From NCBI RefSeq assembly GCF_009914755.1, contig NC_060930.1: 64,000 nt of DNA; one strand, given 5' to 3'. Position 1 is the first letter of the stretch. Each line of letters starts with the position of its first letter. The translations under genes and the position numbers were made by a program. Origin of the DNA: the human T2T-CHM13v2.0 reference genome, Homo sapiens. The notes beneath the pieces were generated by a model. That model was not told the origin of the DNA. It saw nothing but the letters and a program-made list of their open reading frames with translations, and made no database searches. Positions 42,401 through 60,734 of this stretch are shown here, piece by piece.

Positions 42401-45400
42401 TAGCAAAAATGGAATACTGAGATTTAGGCTCAAAAAGAGAAGGGAAGCTTTTCATAAAGCTAAGTGAACACAATCATCTTGGGAAAGAAAACACCTATTT
42501 TAACAAGGCTACCATTGTGCAAAATACACTTTCAAACTTCTCTTTGGGAACTGGTTTTGAAATCAATGACTACAGAATCTCAGTCTCATCTTGTTATTTG
42601 ACCAAAGCTGTTTTTACCTAAACTGATCACATCGGTTTGGGGCCATTTCCAAAAATTAAATTTTCTCTCGAAGAACAACTGTTTACCACTACTGAGGAGA
42701 AATATCCCTCAGGTTCTGAAAATAATTCTGAAAGGGAGTTTTTAAAAAACTTGTGGCAATAATTGCTTTGGAGATGACTACATTGAAGGAAATAACAGTA
42801 ATTTAAATGCAATTTTGGGGGTTTGCTAAAAGTCGGATTGTATTATAATTATCCCTTGTAAATTTGAGTATCTATATAACCAAATTCAGGTAAGTCTTTT
42901 TAACTGAAGGAAGGTTGTTGAAATTTGTACAATTCCTCTTGAGATACAAGAGAAAAAGAAATCTTTTTCCTTCCCCCTTTAAAACATACTGGCATGTTAA
43001 GAATTTTGCTTTCAGGTTCTTCATCTTCATGAAAATAACTTATATCACCTGCTAAGTCTATAAGTTTTGGCCAAGAAAAATTATCTCCCTATACTTATTT
43101 TTCATTCTTTTTACTCTCTTCTACAGCCTGTTACAATCTTTGATTTCTAAATTTTAGAGATTTTAACTGATTTTTTTCCTTGAAATAACTTTCTTGATCA
43201 TAGTCCTTAAGCTGAGAAAGTAGGGCCCACTTGGGACAAACAGAGATAACAAGCCCTAAAAGGAATCGAGGGAAGTCTGAAGTTCTGTAAGAATTTCCCA
43301 GATACCTATCAATTGCAGAAATGTGGGAGCAGAATTGGCCTCAGCTCTAAATCATCGTTCCTTCATTCCTCCCAAACATCCATACCACTGTCCTGTCTCT
43401 GAAAGTCACATTGACATCTCTGGAACCACTGGAAAATTTTCAGAGCCCCAAAGTTTTCCAAAGTGCTGACTTAGGAAGCTGGCTTGCTTGGTGTGCATTT
43501 ATAGAACTTTTCCATGGGTTTTCTATTCATGTGGTGAGGCAATCAATATGGATGAAGTGATTATATAAAGCTCTGACCCTTGCCTCATTATGAAATAACC
43601 ACACAGATCAATCATACCTGGGACCTCACGGGGCATTTGGGAGAACCAACTGGGATGGGATAGGAAGATAAGTGGTGATGATTTCCTGGAAATAAATAAA
43701 TAATACCTTCAAGGGATTTACACAATCTACTTAGAATCCAGCGGGGCAGAGGTAGCAGGGTAAGCAGGGAGATTCTTTGTGTCAGCACCGCCAGGGCGTT
43801 GGGGTTCCAAGCAGGGACAGGGTCCTTGTGCAGGGCTACCTTGTTGCCTCATCCTCCCCTCCAAACTCACTTTCTTGAGCCCCAAAGGATGGCAGACATG
43901 GATAAGACAGTGTGCTTAGTGCAGTCAATTTTCAAGGTGAGAGTATGGGGTGGACAGTGGAGCCAAAAGGAACACTTTGGGGGTCAATGTTTTCAATCTT
44001 GCCCTTACCGTATGTTAGTTGCACATTCTTAGGAGATTTACATAGCTGCTCTGGGTGTCTAGGGCAGAATGGAGAGGAATGCCAGAGCTGATGACAGGAC
44101 TCAAAACAGAAAGGAAGTAACATGTGTGAGCAGTTGCTTCATACCATTATAAACCACCCTCATGTTTAACCCCCGTGAAAGTAGATGTTATGATTTCATT
44201 ATACCACTGGGAACTGAGAGTTAGAGGGCCACGCCACACAGGCATTGCAGAATCACCAGGCCTGTCTGACTCCAAGTCTTGTGCCTTTTCTGCTACCCCA
44301 TGGGTCTCAGTGCAAGTTAATTCCTCTTCAAGAAGATTCCTAAAAACTAGAGGCAATGTGGGGCGATGGGGAGTCGGGTACTAAGGGAGGAGACAGACTC
44401 AATAATGGTCTGTGGAAGGTGCTGGTGCTTTATGGGGACGTGCTGGCAAAGGAAAGATGTGTTTTCAAACCCATGTCCTTAATACCAGCCAAGGTCAACC
44501 TGAGAACAATTCGAAGTGGAAAATTACACCCGGCAAATTCTGTAGCCTGATCCTAATTAGGAGCTAACCTCTTTTATTAGGTGAACTTTTTCTTTATTCG
44601 TTCGCTGTGGAGAATTGGCAGGAATTTGTTAATGAAATAGAATGCTAATATATGTAGTCCTGTAATTTGTGGATGATCAAGAAAAAAATTTTTATTAGAA
44701 AAATAGGGCTTTTATTTCTACTTTTCTTTTTTGTGCCTTCAAAATCATTAATTCTTTAAACATGTTCTTTTGGTGTTAGAGAAGTGAGGAATGAAACCAC
44801 TTACTTATCTCAGGGAATGCTTTCACATCTGCCCATTTGTTTAGTCTTCATTGTTTTGGAGTTTCAATTCAGCAATCATTTATTCAGTTCCCAGAGGACA
44901 CTGAATGGCACTGTCTGAGGTGGAGGTTACAGCCCCAAAGGAACTTATGACTGAATGAAATCAGTGCAGATGTACATGTAGACAAGTGAGAGACAATGGG
45001 AGTAAAAATACCCCAGACAGATTTATAACCTATGTCTGATGCCATTCCTGGGGTCTCATTGACTGTTCTGGGCTCTTTTATCTCATGTGGCCTCTGAGTG
45101 GGGAGGAACAATTGCTGCAGAAGTGCTAGAAACACACTAGATGCCCTAGTTTCTCCTTGTTGTGTAGTTCTTTTCTAGTCCACCACAAGACTGCTGAGAT
45201 TCTGCGCCTTGTCTCTTAATTGGAGGTGATTGGAAATAGTGTGTCTCTCCTTGATGGTGTGCTACTGACGGTACTAAGAGGGCTGTTCTTCTCAGGAACA
45301 ATTCATGGATCATCTATGTGCTGGGCATTAAGAGTAAAAGATGAAGGAGACCTGGCACCTGCTCTGAGGGCTTGAGGGGGTGGTTGCCCTCCACTGAGCC

Positions 45401-45737
45401 ATGCAGATCCATACATGCTTTCAGCATCATGGCAGGTGCAGCCACGAGGTACAGGCAGGACGAGGGAAGAGCAGGGAATGAACATTCAGTCAGCCTGAGG
45501 AGATGCCTGTGGGCTGACACTTGAGGATAAGCAAGAGGTCCACTGCCACAAAGGGGTGGAAGGTCTGCCAAGCACAGAGACTAACTGAGCCGGGCCTATA
45601 GGTGCAGGAAGCATGAGAGGACTAAGAGCAGGGAGGCAAAATACAAGGCACTGAATGAGGCAAGAGCTGCAGGCACTGAGTCTTTGCAGGATTCACCAAG
45701 AGCCTCTGAAACACAGAAGTTACAGGGAAGGATTGAT

Positions 45738-46742
45738 TGCATTAGTTTCCCACGGTTTCCATTAAAAACTATCAAAAATTGAATGGCTTAGAACAACAGA
45801 AATGCATTGTGCTACAGTTCCAAGGGTTAGAAGTCTAAAATCAAGTTGTCAGTAGGGGGACCATACTCCCTTGAAACCTGAAAGACAGGGGTTCCAAAGC
45901 CCCAGGACACAAACCAGTAGTGGTCCCTGGCCTGTTAGGAACAAGGCTGCACAGCAGGAGGTGAGCTGCAGGTGACCAAGTGAAGCTTCATCTGTGTTTA
46001 CAGCTGCTCCCCATTGCTCGTGTTACCATCTGAGCTCCGCCTCCTGTCAGATTAATGGTGGCATTAGATTCTCATAGGAGCATGAACCCTATTGTGAACT
46101 GTGCTTGCCAGGGATCTAGGTTGCACACTTTTTATGAGAATCTAATGCCTGATGATCTGTCACTGTCTCCCATCACCCCAAGACAGGGCTGTCTAGTTGC
46201 AGGAAAACAAGCACAGGGCTCCCACTGAATCTACATTATGGTGAGTTGTATAATTTATTTTATTATATATTACACTGTAATAATAATAGAAATAAAGTGC
46301 ACAATAAATGTAATGCACTTGAATCATCCTGAAACCATTCCCCTCCCAGTCCGTGGAACAATTGCCTTCCAAGAAACTGGTCCCTTGTGCCAAATGGTTG
46401 GGGACTGCTGTTGTAGGGGAAGGATATTCCTTTGCCTTTTCTGGCTTCTTGTAGCCCCACATGCTCCTTGTCTCATGGCAGCATAACTCCAATCTCGGCC
46501 TTCTTGTTCTAGTGGCATCCTCTCTGTGTCTCTTCACATCATCTGCCTTCTATGTGTGTCTGTCCACACCTCCCCTTTTGATAAGGACAGCAGTCATGTT
46601 GGATTAAGGCCCATCCTAATGACCCCTTTTTAACTGTGGAAGGCACTGTAAAGACCCTATTTCCAAATAAGTTCACATTCTGAGGTCCTGGGAATTAGAA
46701 CTTCAACATATATTTGGGGGGAACACAATTCAACCCAGAACA
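45738..46742 (-). mobile_element. MaLR solo LTR (MLT1B/C-like) split by MER1A
   Basis: TGCATTAGTTTCC...GGCTTAGAACAACAGAAATG...; resumes GTAGGGGAAGGATATTCCTTTGCC...ACACAATTCAACCCAGAACA. Confidence 0.8.
45886..46410 (+). mobile_element. MER1A hAT-Charlie DNA transposon
   Basis: CAGGGGTTCCAAA...GGCATTAGATTCTCATAGGAGCATGAACCCTATTGTGAACTG...GGTTGGGGACTGCTG; about 525 bp with terminal inverted repeats. Confidence 0.88.
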
Positions 46743-46771
46743 GGGGTGAAAGGAGAGAAATCACCTTGAGA

Positions 46772-47065
46772 TTTTTTTTTTTTTTGAGATGGAGACTTAC
46801 ACTGTTGCCTGGGCTGGAGTACAGTGTTGCAATCTCGGCTCACCGCAACCTCCGCCTACTGGGTTCAAGTGATTCTCTTGCCTCAGCCTCCGGAGTAGCT
46901 GGGATTACAGGCGCCCACCACCATGCCTAGCTAATTTTTTGTATTTTTAGTAGAGACGGGGTTTCACTATGTTAGCCAGGCTGATCTCAAACTCCCGAGC
47001 TCATTATCCACCCGCCTCGGCCTCCCAAAGTGCTGGGATTACAGGTGTGAGCCACCACGCCTGGC
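46772..47065 (-). mobile_element. AluS with TSD TGAGATTTTTT
   Basis: Full dimer; TGAGATTTTTT flanks both sides. Confidence 0.9.
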
Positions 47066-49817
47066 TGAGATTTTTTAAGTAGAAAATGCACAAAAATAAA
47101 ACCCCTTTCCCGGAAATATTCAGTTTTTCTCCCTAAAGCACAATACTGAATCTGACTTTGTTTTAATCATCCTTTTATACGGAGCCAGCCCTGGTGACCA
47201 TCCACTCAGGTTAAAGTCATAGAAGACTTGAGGGCTTTGGGCACAACTGTGACATCTCCATACCCTGCAAACCCTTCAGAGAACCTGTGTCTCCTCTGAG
47301 GAGGGTGTTTTCACATGTGTGAACAAGAAATAACCCCCTTTTCCCCAAAGCTGTCCTTGGCAGGAAATTAAAGCTTTCTCCTTAACTCTCCACGGACCTC
47401 TCAGATGTACAGCTAGTGAAGCAGCTTGTAAAGGAAACAGTAAGTGCTATGTTTTGGTTTTGTTATGTTTGTTTGAGGCATATTATGATTTTGAGTGTTT
47501 TTTTTTAAATCAAACATTTTCAAACAACTATTTTTAATGGAAAAAACTGTGTAAGCATAAGGTTAAAAAAAAATCAAATGGTGCAAAACATTAAACATTA
47601 AGTCTCTCCCTGCAGTCCCTTCCTCAGAAGCCACTGCTCATAAATTCCTCTGATAGCCTTCCAGAATTATTCTATGGAGAGCATTGAGTTCTTTAGACAA
47701 TGCACATTTAGTAACGAATGTGTTGTTAAATGAATAGCAGTCTGGGGCGGAGGCTGTAAAATATTCTCCAGCAGGGTCTGTTAGACGTCAGGGACTGGGT
47801 TTTACCGCTGAACTCATTGCCTGAAAAATACCTTTAATTTCCTAGATTCTGTGCTTACTTTGCTCTCTTTCATATCAGCTTTCCCGCCACAGGAAGGCAT
47901 TTGTCTGCCTAATGACCTGCAAGCAGGAAGGATATTCGGTAACCTCATTTTGTTCTGTTGACCTTCGCCGGAGACACCTCAACTGATCCTTTTAAAAGAA
48001 GATGGGACAATGAGCATAATGGGTGCTCAAGAAAACTTTCAGTTCATTTTTCTCTGTCAGTTGATTGTCTATTTTAATCCTTAAGCCTGTAAGTTTAAAT
48101 TTGTATTTGTTCCACAGTCATCTTTCAAACACTTCTGATACACAAGGCTGTGTGCTATGCAGGTGAGGAGACAAAGTAAACTCGTGTCCTGAGAGAGGCT
48201 CTGCTGTGGGGGCAGGCTCGGGGGGAGGCCGCAGTGTGCAAGACCGAGGTGGAAGCTGCACAGGACCAAAGGGCCAGGGAGACTGCCTATGGCCGATCTT
48301 TGTTGCCTCTTCTGCTCAGAAGCATCTGGATAATACAATTTTGGTTGCAGATTTTGCTTAGTATGTATTTCTTCTATTGATGCACATGAGTTGTGGTATA
48401 TATTGTGAGAGAGATATGGATTGCTTCTAAAAAGGATTCAAATAATGAAGGAATGTTATACGTGATCTTTTTGATTTTTCTTGAATAAATCTTAGGTTGT
48501 GGTGAAGTGGTTACTGCGGTGCTTTGACAAGCCTGACATCCCTTTAAATAGATCACCCATTCGGGTGTGCATCAAAATGACAGTCATTCAAAGTCCTTCA
48601 TCGTGGGGGTGTTGCTGTATTTGCATCTCTCATCAAAGCTGTCTTTTCTTTATTTAGCACTTTTATGTTTCAACGGGGGTGGTAGTGGTGTTGGGGGTGC
48701 TTCGCTTCTATGGCTATAGCTAAAACTGGGAGGTCATCATTTGCTAGTTTCTCTTTTCCTATCAATATGTGATAGGAAATATAAAAACATCAAGAAATAT
48801 GTTTAATACAAATAACTGAGCCTGCTAAAGTGATACCATTTTACCAAATACACTTTATGGGAGGAATAATATTTAATATCAGCTTCAAAAGTCTGTAAAT
48901 CAAAAATAGAAGAGAATCTTTTAAGACCTTTGTCACATCATGAAGCATGCAGGCACGCTTGTTAATTCATGATGACATTTTAACCAGTCCTGTTTTGCCA
49001 GGAGAGATCATGACAGGGCATGTTCCCATTTCTTAGGAGGTTTACAACTTCAACTTCACCCCTGTAGTCCAAAGAGAGTAACAGGCATCTCAGGAGCCCC
49101 ACTGTATAGCCGCGGGGCAGAGCCGGCCATTTCCTGGCTCAGGAGGGCAGTGTGAGGAGGGGCTCTGCATCTTGACTTTTCTTCATGTGACTACTAGAGA
49201 ATGCACCTGTGAGAAGTCTCCTACTGAGTCACAAAAGAAACATCTATTGGGAAATTCTGCAGTACTTCTCATCTTAGAACAGCAGAGAAGGAAAAGCACG
49301 CTAACTAGGTCAACTTTTTTCAAATCAGGGCTAATTATGAGAAACTGCTACCTGTGTGCCTCAGCTTTGGATTGGAATATGCTTCAATGGTCACCTTTAT
49401 TCTACAGTTCCAATATCACCTACATAGATCAGTTTTTGTGGAGAAATCCAGGGCTTCACCTTGGTAGATTAAATATTGACTTAAAAATGTAAACATGTCA
49501 TACTAGTGTAGACAAATCATAAATTCCTCGTGTCTAATTTATTTTGATTACTGAAGAATCTGAACTTGCATATTGGTTGGCTTTGTGATTTTTATGAAAT
49601 TAGAAATGATTAGCTGAGAAGTGAGAAAAATATTTGTTGCAGGAATTTTACTTGTAGTAGCATATATTGGAAACAAATATAAAAGCTCATGAACTTAAAA
49701 ATGAGTGAATAAACTATGATATATTCATACATGTAGTTAAACTACAGCTTCATGTATCAACATTGATAAATCTCAACAACCATATTCAGTGAAAAAAGTT
49801 TACAAAATTCTAGACTC

Positions 49818-50315
49818 TGCCATACTAGTTGTCTATTGCAGTGTAACAAAATACTTCCAAATGTATCAGCTTAAAAGAATACATATTTATTTCATCATAG
49901 TTTCTGTGGGTCAAGGCTCCAGGAGTGGTTGAGCTGGTTCCTTCTGGCTCAGGATCTCTCATGAGGCTGCTTACAGGCTATCTTCCATGGCTATTTGCAG
50001 GCCTCAGTGGGTCTACTTCCATGTATACTTATGTGGGTCTTTCCCCAGGGCTGCCCCATGACAAAGTGGGACATAGCAGCTGGCTTCTCTTGTAAGTGAT
50101 CAACCAAGAGAGAGCAAGACAGAGAATACCCAAATGGAAATTAGTCTTCTTATCACCTACATTTGGAAGTGACATCCCATTATGTATTCTAGTCATTAGA
50201 GGTGAATCTCTTAAGTCCAGCAGACACTCAAGGGGAAGGGATTGCCCACAGGTGTGAGCACAAGGAGGCATGGATCAATGGGCGCCATCTTGGAGGCTGC
50301 CCACCACAACTGCTG
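49818..50315 (-). mobile_element. MaLR LTR (MLT1F-like) flanked by L1ME-like fragments (about 49600-49810 and 50330-50630)
   Basis: ATAGTTTCTGTGGGTCAAGG...GGCTCAGGATCTCTCATGAGGCTGC...GGCGCCATCTTGGAGGCTGCCCACCACA. Confidence 0.7.
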
Positions 50316-51172
50316 TGTACTACTTTTGGATATACGGTATGTGAGAATAGTATAAAAACACAGAACAAAATTATGTGGTAATATCAGTAATAGTTTAAAA
50401 CATGTACACAAAAGATAATAATTCAGAATAAGGACTAGCTCTGGAATGGAAGAAGAGAACAGCATTGGAAAAGGGTACATCAGGACACCAACTATACATC
50501 TAATGTTTTATTTCTCTTTATTAATTAAGTGTGGAAAATGTTATAATTCAATAAATTTGGGAGACAATAGAGGGATGTCCGTTTTGTTAATTTCTCATTT
50601 TAAATAGGTTTGAAATATTTCATCATAAAAAATAATGAGCAAATTACAGATAATTAAAACCTTTTTATGCTATTTCCTTTGGGCTTGAAAGGTTGGGTTC
50701 AAGTGTTTGGCAAACAGATGTCGGAAATGAGGGAGAAAGAAGACTTGGCTCTTTGGTTTCCAGTTTTGCTTGGGTTTCACTTTACTGGGGGCTTGGGTGT
50801 CACAAAGTGACTGCTACTCAACCAATCAATAACATTTTAGCATTGTCTTAGGCTGAGTGTCAGGGATGCTAATTCACCCTCATACTATGAGAAGACCTGA
50901 CTCTCACCTAATTTGCGGGTGTGGGTTCTGGCAGAAAAAGGAGTAGCAAAGGATGCACGAATGAAAATTAGTTGCTCCACCCCATTTAATAAAATATCTA
51001 GAAACAATGATTTCCAGATTGAGCATTTAATAGGTTATTGAAGTATGTTTTCAATGGGATAAACTGGTGAAATGATTTGGTAAGCTTTCTGCTTAGAAAG
51101 TTTGCTTTTGCTTATATAGAACTCTGACTCCATAGTGTATTATCCTGAACTTTTAAATAAACCTGTGGGTGA

Positions 51173-51565
51173 TGTATTAGTCTGTTCTCACACTGATATA
51201 AAGACGTACCCGAGACTGGTTAATTTATAAAGGAAAGAAGCTTAATTGACTCACAGTTCCACATGGCTGGGGAGGCTTCAAAAAACAATCATGGCGGAAG
51301 GTGAAGGGGAAGCAAGGACCTTCTTCACATGGTGACCAGAAAGAGAAGTGCAAGCAAAGGAAATGCCAGATGCTTATAAAACCATTAGATCTCGTGAGAA
51401 CTCACTCACTATCATGAGAACAGCATGGGGGAAACTGCCTTCATGATCCAATCACCTCCCTCCCTTGACATATGGGGATTATAGGTCCCTCCTTCCACAC
51501 TTCCACATGTGGGGATCACAATCTGAGATGAGATTTGGGTGGGGACACACAGCCAAACCATATCA
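51173..51565 (-). mobile_element. THE1 (MaLR) solo LTR
   Basis: TGTATTAGTCTGTTCTCAC...GAGATTTGGGTGGGGACACACAGCCAAACCATATCA; 5-bp TSD GGTGA/GGTGC. Confidence 0.9.
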
Positions 51566-51639
51566 GGTGCCATTTGTTTTTCTTGTAATTTATCATCTTT
51601 GATTCAAAGCAGTTGATTTTTTTTTTAGTGCACATTTTG

Positions 51640-52705
51640 TGTTAGGGTAAAAAATGTATATAACATAAAATTTACCATTTTAACCATTTTATACTATATA
51701 GTTTAGTGGTATTAAGTGCCTTCATATTCCTGTGCAGCTACCACTACCATTTCCTGAACTCTTTTCATCTTGAAAAACTGAAACTCTTTACCCTTTAAAC
51801 AATAACTCCCTATTTTCCTTCCTCCCTGGCCCTGGCACCACCATTTTACTTTCTGTCTCTGTAAATCTGACTACTCATATATATGAGGTAATTTATATCA
51901 GTGGAATCAAAGCATATTTATCTTCTTGTGACTGGCTTCTTTCATTTAGCATAATATCCTCAAGTTGCATCCACATCATATCATATGGCAGAATGATATT
52001 TCATTGTATGTATGTACCACATTTGATTATTCATTCATCCTTTGACAGACACTTGGGTTGCTTCTAAGGTTTGGGTATTGTGAACAATGCTGCTATGAAC
52101 ATGAGTATACAAATATCTCTTCAAGACCCTGCTTTCAATTTTTCCGGAATTGCTGGATCTTATGGTAATCCTGTTTTTATTTTCTTGAAGAACTGTCATA
52201 CTGTTTTCCACAGTGGTTGTACCACTTTACTTTCCTACCAACAGTGGATAAGGGTTCTAATTTCTCCACATTCTCACCAACACTGGTTATTTTTTGTTTG
52301 TTTATTTTATTATTTTTTGGTTAGCCATCCTAGTGAGTGTGAAGTGGTATCTCATTGTGGTTTTGATTCTCAATTCTCTAATGATTAGTGGTGTTAAGCA
52401 TCTTGTCATATGCTTATTGGCCATTTGTGTATCTTCTTTGGAAAAATGTCTATTTAAGACCTTTGTCACTTTGAGAATCAGGTTATTTTATTGTAGAGTT
52501 TTAGGAGTATTCTGGATATTATCTCTTGTCAGATATATAATTTGTAAATATTTTCTCCCATCCTATGGGGTATCTTTTTACTCTGTTAATAGTGTCTTTT
52601 GATGCACAAAAATTTTCAATTTTCTTGAAGTTCAAGTGTCTATTTTTTCATTTATTGTCTGTGCCTTTGGTGTCATAGACAAGAAATAATTTCAAATCCA
52701 ATCCG
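51640..52705 (-). mobile_element. L1MB-like 3' fragment
   Basis: ATATAACATAAAATTTACCATTTTAACC...GTGAACAATGCTGCTATGAACATG...GTGGTATCTCATTGTGGTTTTGATT. Confidence 0.8.
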
Positions 52706-52852
52706 AGATATTTGACTTTTAATTATAGTTGCCACTTTTCTTCCTCTGTTCACCAGGGTAGATTATTTTTCTGCCTACTTACTGAATCTATAAAACATGC
52801 GCATAATTACAGTTTTGGTGTACTTTATATATCCCTTTTTTCATTTTAACAT

Positions 52853-56181
<3,329 letters not shown>

Positions 56182-58129
56182 TTGTTACATTATCTTTATC
56201 TGATTTTTTTTAAAAAAACATTTTTGTTCCTAAGAACTTTTTCCAGGTTTTTTTTATTGTTGTAATTGGTAATGTCTTTCTGCTTCCCTTTTTACCTGTT
56301 TTCTGACAACTTAAAATCAAGCATTTCTGTTCTGATTGCCGATTCATGGATTCATTGAAATGCACCTGCAGATTGCATCTCTGTGAACAGTTAGTTATTT
56401 TAAATATGTCAGGATTGTCCCTAGAAGATTTCCTAAATAAAAGCTGATTCCAATCAATTTACTTAAATTCATTCTGAATTACCTCAGACCCTGTCTTTAA
56501 CACATTCAATATTTATGCAATGCATCCTCATGAGTGTTTCAAATATATTGTTTGGGGATGGGATGAAGCATCAAAAAATAAGGTAACACAGTGGGCAAAG
56601 ATAACGAAATGACAAAACTGAAATAGAAGATGCAGATGTACAATCATTTTCAGCATGAAAAGTAACAATCAATTGAGAGTAAATCTTTCTGGGTCGGATT
56701 GCTGCAAACAGCAGTGGGTCTGATGTTATGAGTTGTAGCATTTTATAAGATGGACAGAAGCCAGGATCATCACTGTGGTATATTACATGATCTGGGTACA
56801 GTTATGTTTCTATAATTGATTAGAATTGTCCACGGAGAATGTTCTTTGCTGCAATCCAAGGATTTCTTCAATATTTCAGTTTCTCCAAAGGCCACTTGTA
56901 GGGTAATGTGTTTTTAGAGGAATGCATTTTTCTAAAGGCTCAGGAAATAAGATTGAGGTTTTACTAAGATGTCTGTATTATTCTGTTTCTGGTAACAACA
57001 GCCCTATATTAGAAGCCAGTAGCATATTTTTTCTCCTTATTTTTTGGATAGAATTAGGCTTCAGAAGTTGAATAAATACCGTAAAAATGGTTGCTTCTGA
57101 AAGAAAAATCAGATATTTGCTTTTAAAAGGGAAGGGTTTAGGTTTTTACTGAATATATTTAAATTGATTTTCATGCTTATACAAGCATGAGAGTAACACG
57201 ACTGCCAGGAAGATTGGACGGAATGGGTATTGCTTGCAATATTAAGGAAAGTACATTAATGCTTTTAAAGAACATTACAGAATTTGCTTAAAATTTTTAT
57301 TTCACTCTGGGTGCAACATACCTTATGATCAAAACACTCAGTGAGAGTGTGAGTTGCCTCCACTCTTGCTCTCAAAAGTTGTTCTGCTTCCAGAGTGATC
57401 CATTTCTGATTATTTGGATATAAAAAATGGCCCTTAGCAAGATTCTAAAGTTTGTCCTCAGAACCCAGCTGGGAAGTAATAAAGCAGTCAGACTTCACCT
57501 GCACTGTCTGGATATCCTAGGTGCCCTTTACTGTCCCATCAATACATGTTCCCAAAAAGTGCTCTCAGAAGTAATTCACATTCCCATGTGAGTGCCAAGC
57601 TACACCTGAAAGTGTACACGTATTTTGCATTTTGACAGGTGGGAATCCTGTAGCAAAAAAGGAATGGAGCACAAATCTCTCTCTGGGCACAACGATTTTT
57701 CTGTTTGGGGTGGGAGTAGAGATGGTGAGGTGGGGCTCTTAGCTTACCACCCAGTTGACACATAAAATTAATCCTGAGGATAAGTTTGTTTGCTATTGAT
57801 CATCTTAGACTTCCATTTACATTATAGTTACTCTTTATAGTTCTTTATCATTTTCTAAGCATTTTCACATAAATGATTCATTCAACAAAATTGATTGAAC
57901 ACCTGCTATGTTCTAGGTACTGTGTGTACAGCAATGACGTTCACTGCCCTTCTTATCATGACGGAGCCAATGACTCTGAGAGAAGCCTGGGCAGGTGTTA
58001 CCTCTGTTTTTGGAGGTGAGGAAATGGGAACAGAAGAAAGTTGATCAGATACATTGTCCTAAATCTTACAAAATGTGGCCAGATCACCAAATATAGCACA
58101 TAGTGAGGTAGCATTTCAGAACCTCATTA

Positions 58130-58323
58130 AAAAGCAAAAAACTAGCCAGGCATGGTGGCATGTGCCTGTTGTCCCAGCTACTCAGGAGTCTGAGGTGGGA
58201 GGATTGGTTGAGTGGGAGGTTGAGTCTGCAGTTAACTGTGACTGCACCACTGCGCTATTCCAGCCTGGGCAAACAGAGCAAGACTCTGTCTGGAAAAAAA
58301 AAAAGAAAAAGAAAAAGAAAAAA
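58130..58323 (+). mobile_element. Alu right monomer (FRAM/AluJ)
   Basis: TAGCCAGGCATGGTGGCATGTGCCTG...CCAGCCTGGGC...A-rich tail. Confidence 0.8.
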
Positions 58324-60734
58324 GCCAAAACCCTAAACTGCTTTTCTTGATACAGCAAACCTAGCTTAAAAACAAAACTTATTCCTTCCAGATCCCTGGT
58401 GAAATTGTGTTCTAATAGGCAAATATCATGTTTTCTGATAATAATTACCACCTAAAGTAACACAGGTAGAGATGCACATTCCTGGTAGACAGCCTGTAAT
58501 TAGGCCACTTTTGTATGTACTTGAGCTTATTTGAAAGCTCATTTGAAGTTACTGGCATTCTTTGTTAAAATTACTATTAGACACTTCCATGCAATATCAG
58601 TTTCAGACATTTAAAGAAGTATGTAAGGATGGGCTTCGAGTGTGTCCAGGAGCCCAGTGGAAAGAGACAGCTATGTTGAGGCAGATTATGTTTGACAAAT
58701 GAAGATCTCCATCGGTAGCTTGCTTGTTCATTATTTTAAAATTGTGTTGTGAAGATTTTGTATTTTTTTTTCTCTCACTTCAATCCAAACTTTCTCTTCT
58801 GTAATTTAAATGTACTTTTTTTTTTTTTAGTGGTCCACTCTGGTGACATTTTAAAAATAAGTAATAACCCATGCATGCAATTTGACTAAAAAGCAATTGC
58901 AAACCTAGAACTTACACATTCAAATAAATTGAGTCATTTTAGGTGAATAAACTTTTAGGTGAACTTTGGAGCATATGCACCAATCCTGGTGTGTTGACAT
59001 AAAGAACATTTTTAGAACCTTCTGACTACAGTTAGTGTCATCAGAAGAAAAGCAGTTTTGTTTTTTATGGTAGTCAGTATTATTCAGTGTCATTAGCTGT
59101 CTAATTCTCAGAAATTATTTATTTCAGGATCTCCATTCATCCCTCAAAGGAATAACATTTGGCATCTTCTAGGCCTTTTGGAAAAATGAATTATCAGCTG
59201 CAGGTAGTTCCAAAACTAGCTAGAACAATCCTCTACATCCTGGAAAGTACAGTTCTCTGAGGCCAAGAGCCAGCCACACTTGGGATGGAAGCTCACACAT
59301 GAAATTCATCTCAGATCAGCTCTGCAATCCTCAAATCATTACAAACTCCTTCCAATATAACTTGGAGCCAAAAAGTATGATCATTCAAAGTGACTGTACT
59401 TGTTTTCAATGGTCAGGAGTGGCACCTACATGGCTTAGCAAGTTCCAGTAACATCAAGGACACCCAAGTAATAAAAGTAACAAGTAAAGAAATGTGGATT
59501 TGGGGGATTCAAAGAACTTTTAATTAGAAGTTGTGATTCTGCTCAACCAACATGGTTTGATCTACAGTCCATCATGTTCTTCAGGAAGTCTCTATGGAAT
59601 GGTTAACAACTTACAGCCACAGTATTAGGAAACTTTAATCAGGTGCATTTTAAACAAATTCTCCAAATCACAGGGCAATCGAAGAATAACGATACAAATT
59701 TAAGTATCCATTCAAATATGTCTGTCTTTTTAGCCAAAAGCTTGACCTTGGGTCAGCCTGTATCTAATATCTGAACAGCACCCCTGCAAGATCTTTCTCA
59801 AATTGGAATGCAAAGTCTTGGGAAGAATATTCAAGCAAAATAGAATCCCTGAAACTTCATTTAAAGGCCTCAAATTTGAACAACTTTATTTTTCAGAGAT
59901 AGTACTGAATGCTCCATGATGAAGAGTGGAAGGACTGAAGCTGAAATTGTGGGACTAAATCTTTCCAGAACTCATGATAGCTGTTCCTCCACTGCTTAAA
60001 AAACAGGCTTCCAGGGCAACATGGAATCAGCATTCATTCTTGGCATTTTTGAGTACCTGAAAATAATATAACTAAAACTTATGAAACTCAAAATGTTTTT
60101 ATCTCCTGTGTTGCTTAGACTTAGAATTTCTATTTCTGAAGCCAGAAAAAGAAAGCTAATCCAAGGGCTTAATCCACATCTCTGAAGCCAAGTTCTATAT
60201 TCAGTAATACTTAATTGAAAGATGTGCAACTTAATTTAGGTTTTTCTTTTAAGAAGCTAGCTCATGAAATAATTTCTGCCTACTCATTTTGGATTATTTC
60301 TAAAAACAGAAGGCCCAAAATTATTATCAATCTATATTCTTAACTATATGGAGATCCTATTTGGGGGTCTTTTCACTGTAAATAGCAGCAGTGATGGAGG
60401 GAAGGAAAGGGTCTGGTGAGAGAAGACAGAGAGCTAAAACTTCAGGTGAGAAAGATTCTACAATCATTGGAAGTTTTAAAATATCTGTAATGCCTAAGAT
60501 CCATTACTACACAAAAACTCATTCTCCTTTTCCATAACAATCATCATCATAAAACTACCAATTAAGTATACCTTTCCTCTGTTGACAAAAGATACAAGAT
60601 GGTCAGTTAGTACCTTGCTTTTGGTGAGTGTGAGAGTACTTGTAATCCCTAGAAGAAAAAGTGGTTAACTGTGTGTGTGGAGGCAGTGGTGGTGGTGGGG
60701 GCGGAGGTAGTTTAGAATTCCCGTATGCCTCTGT

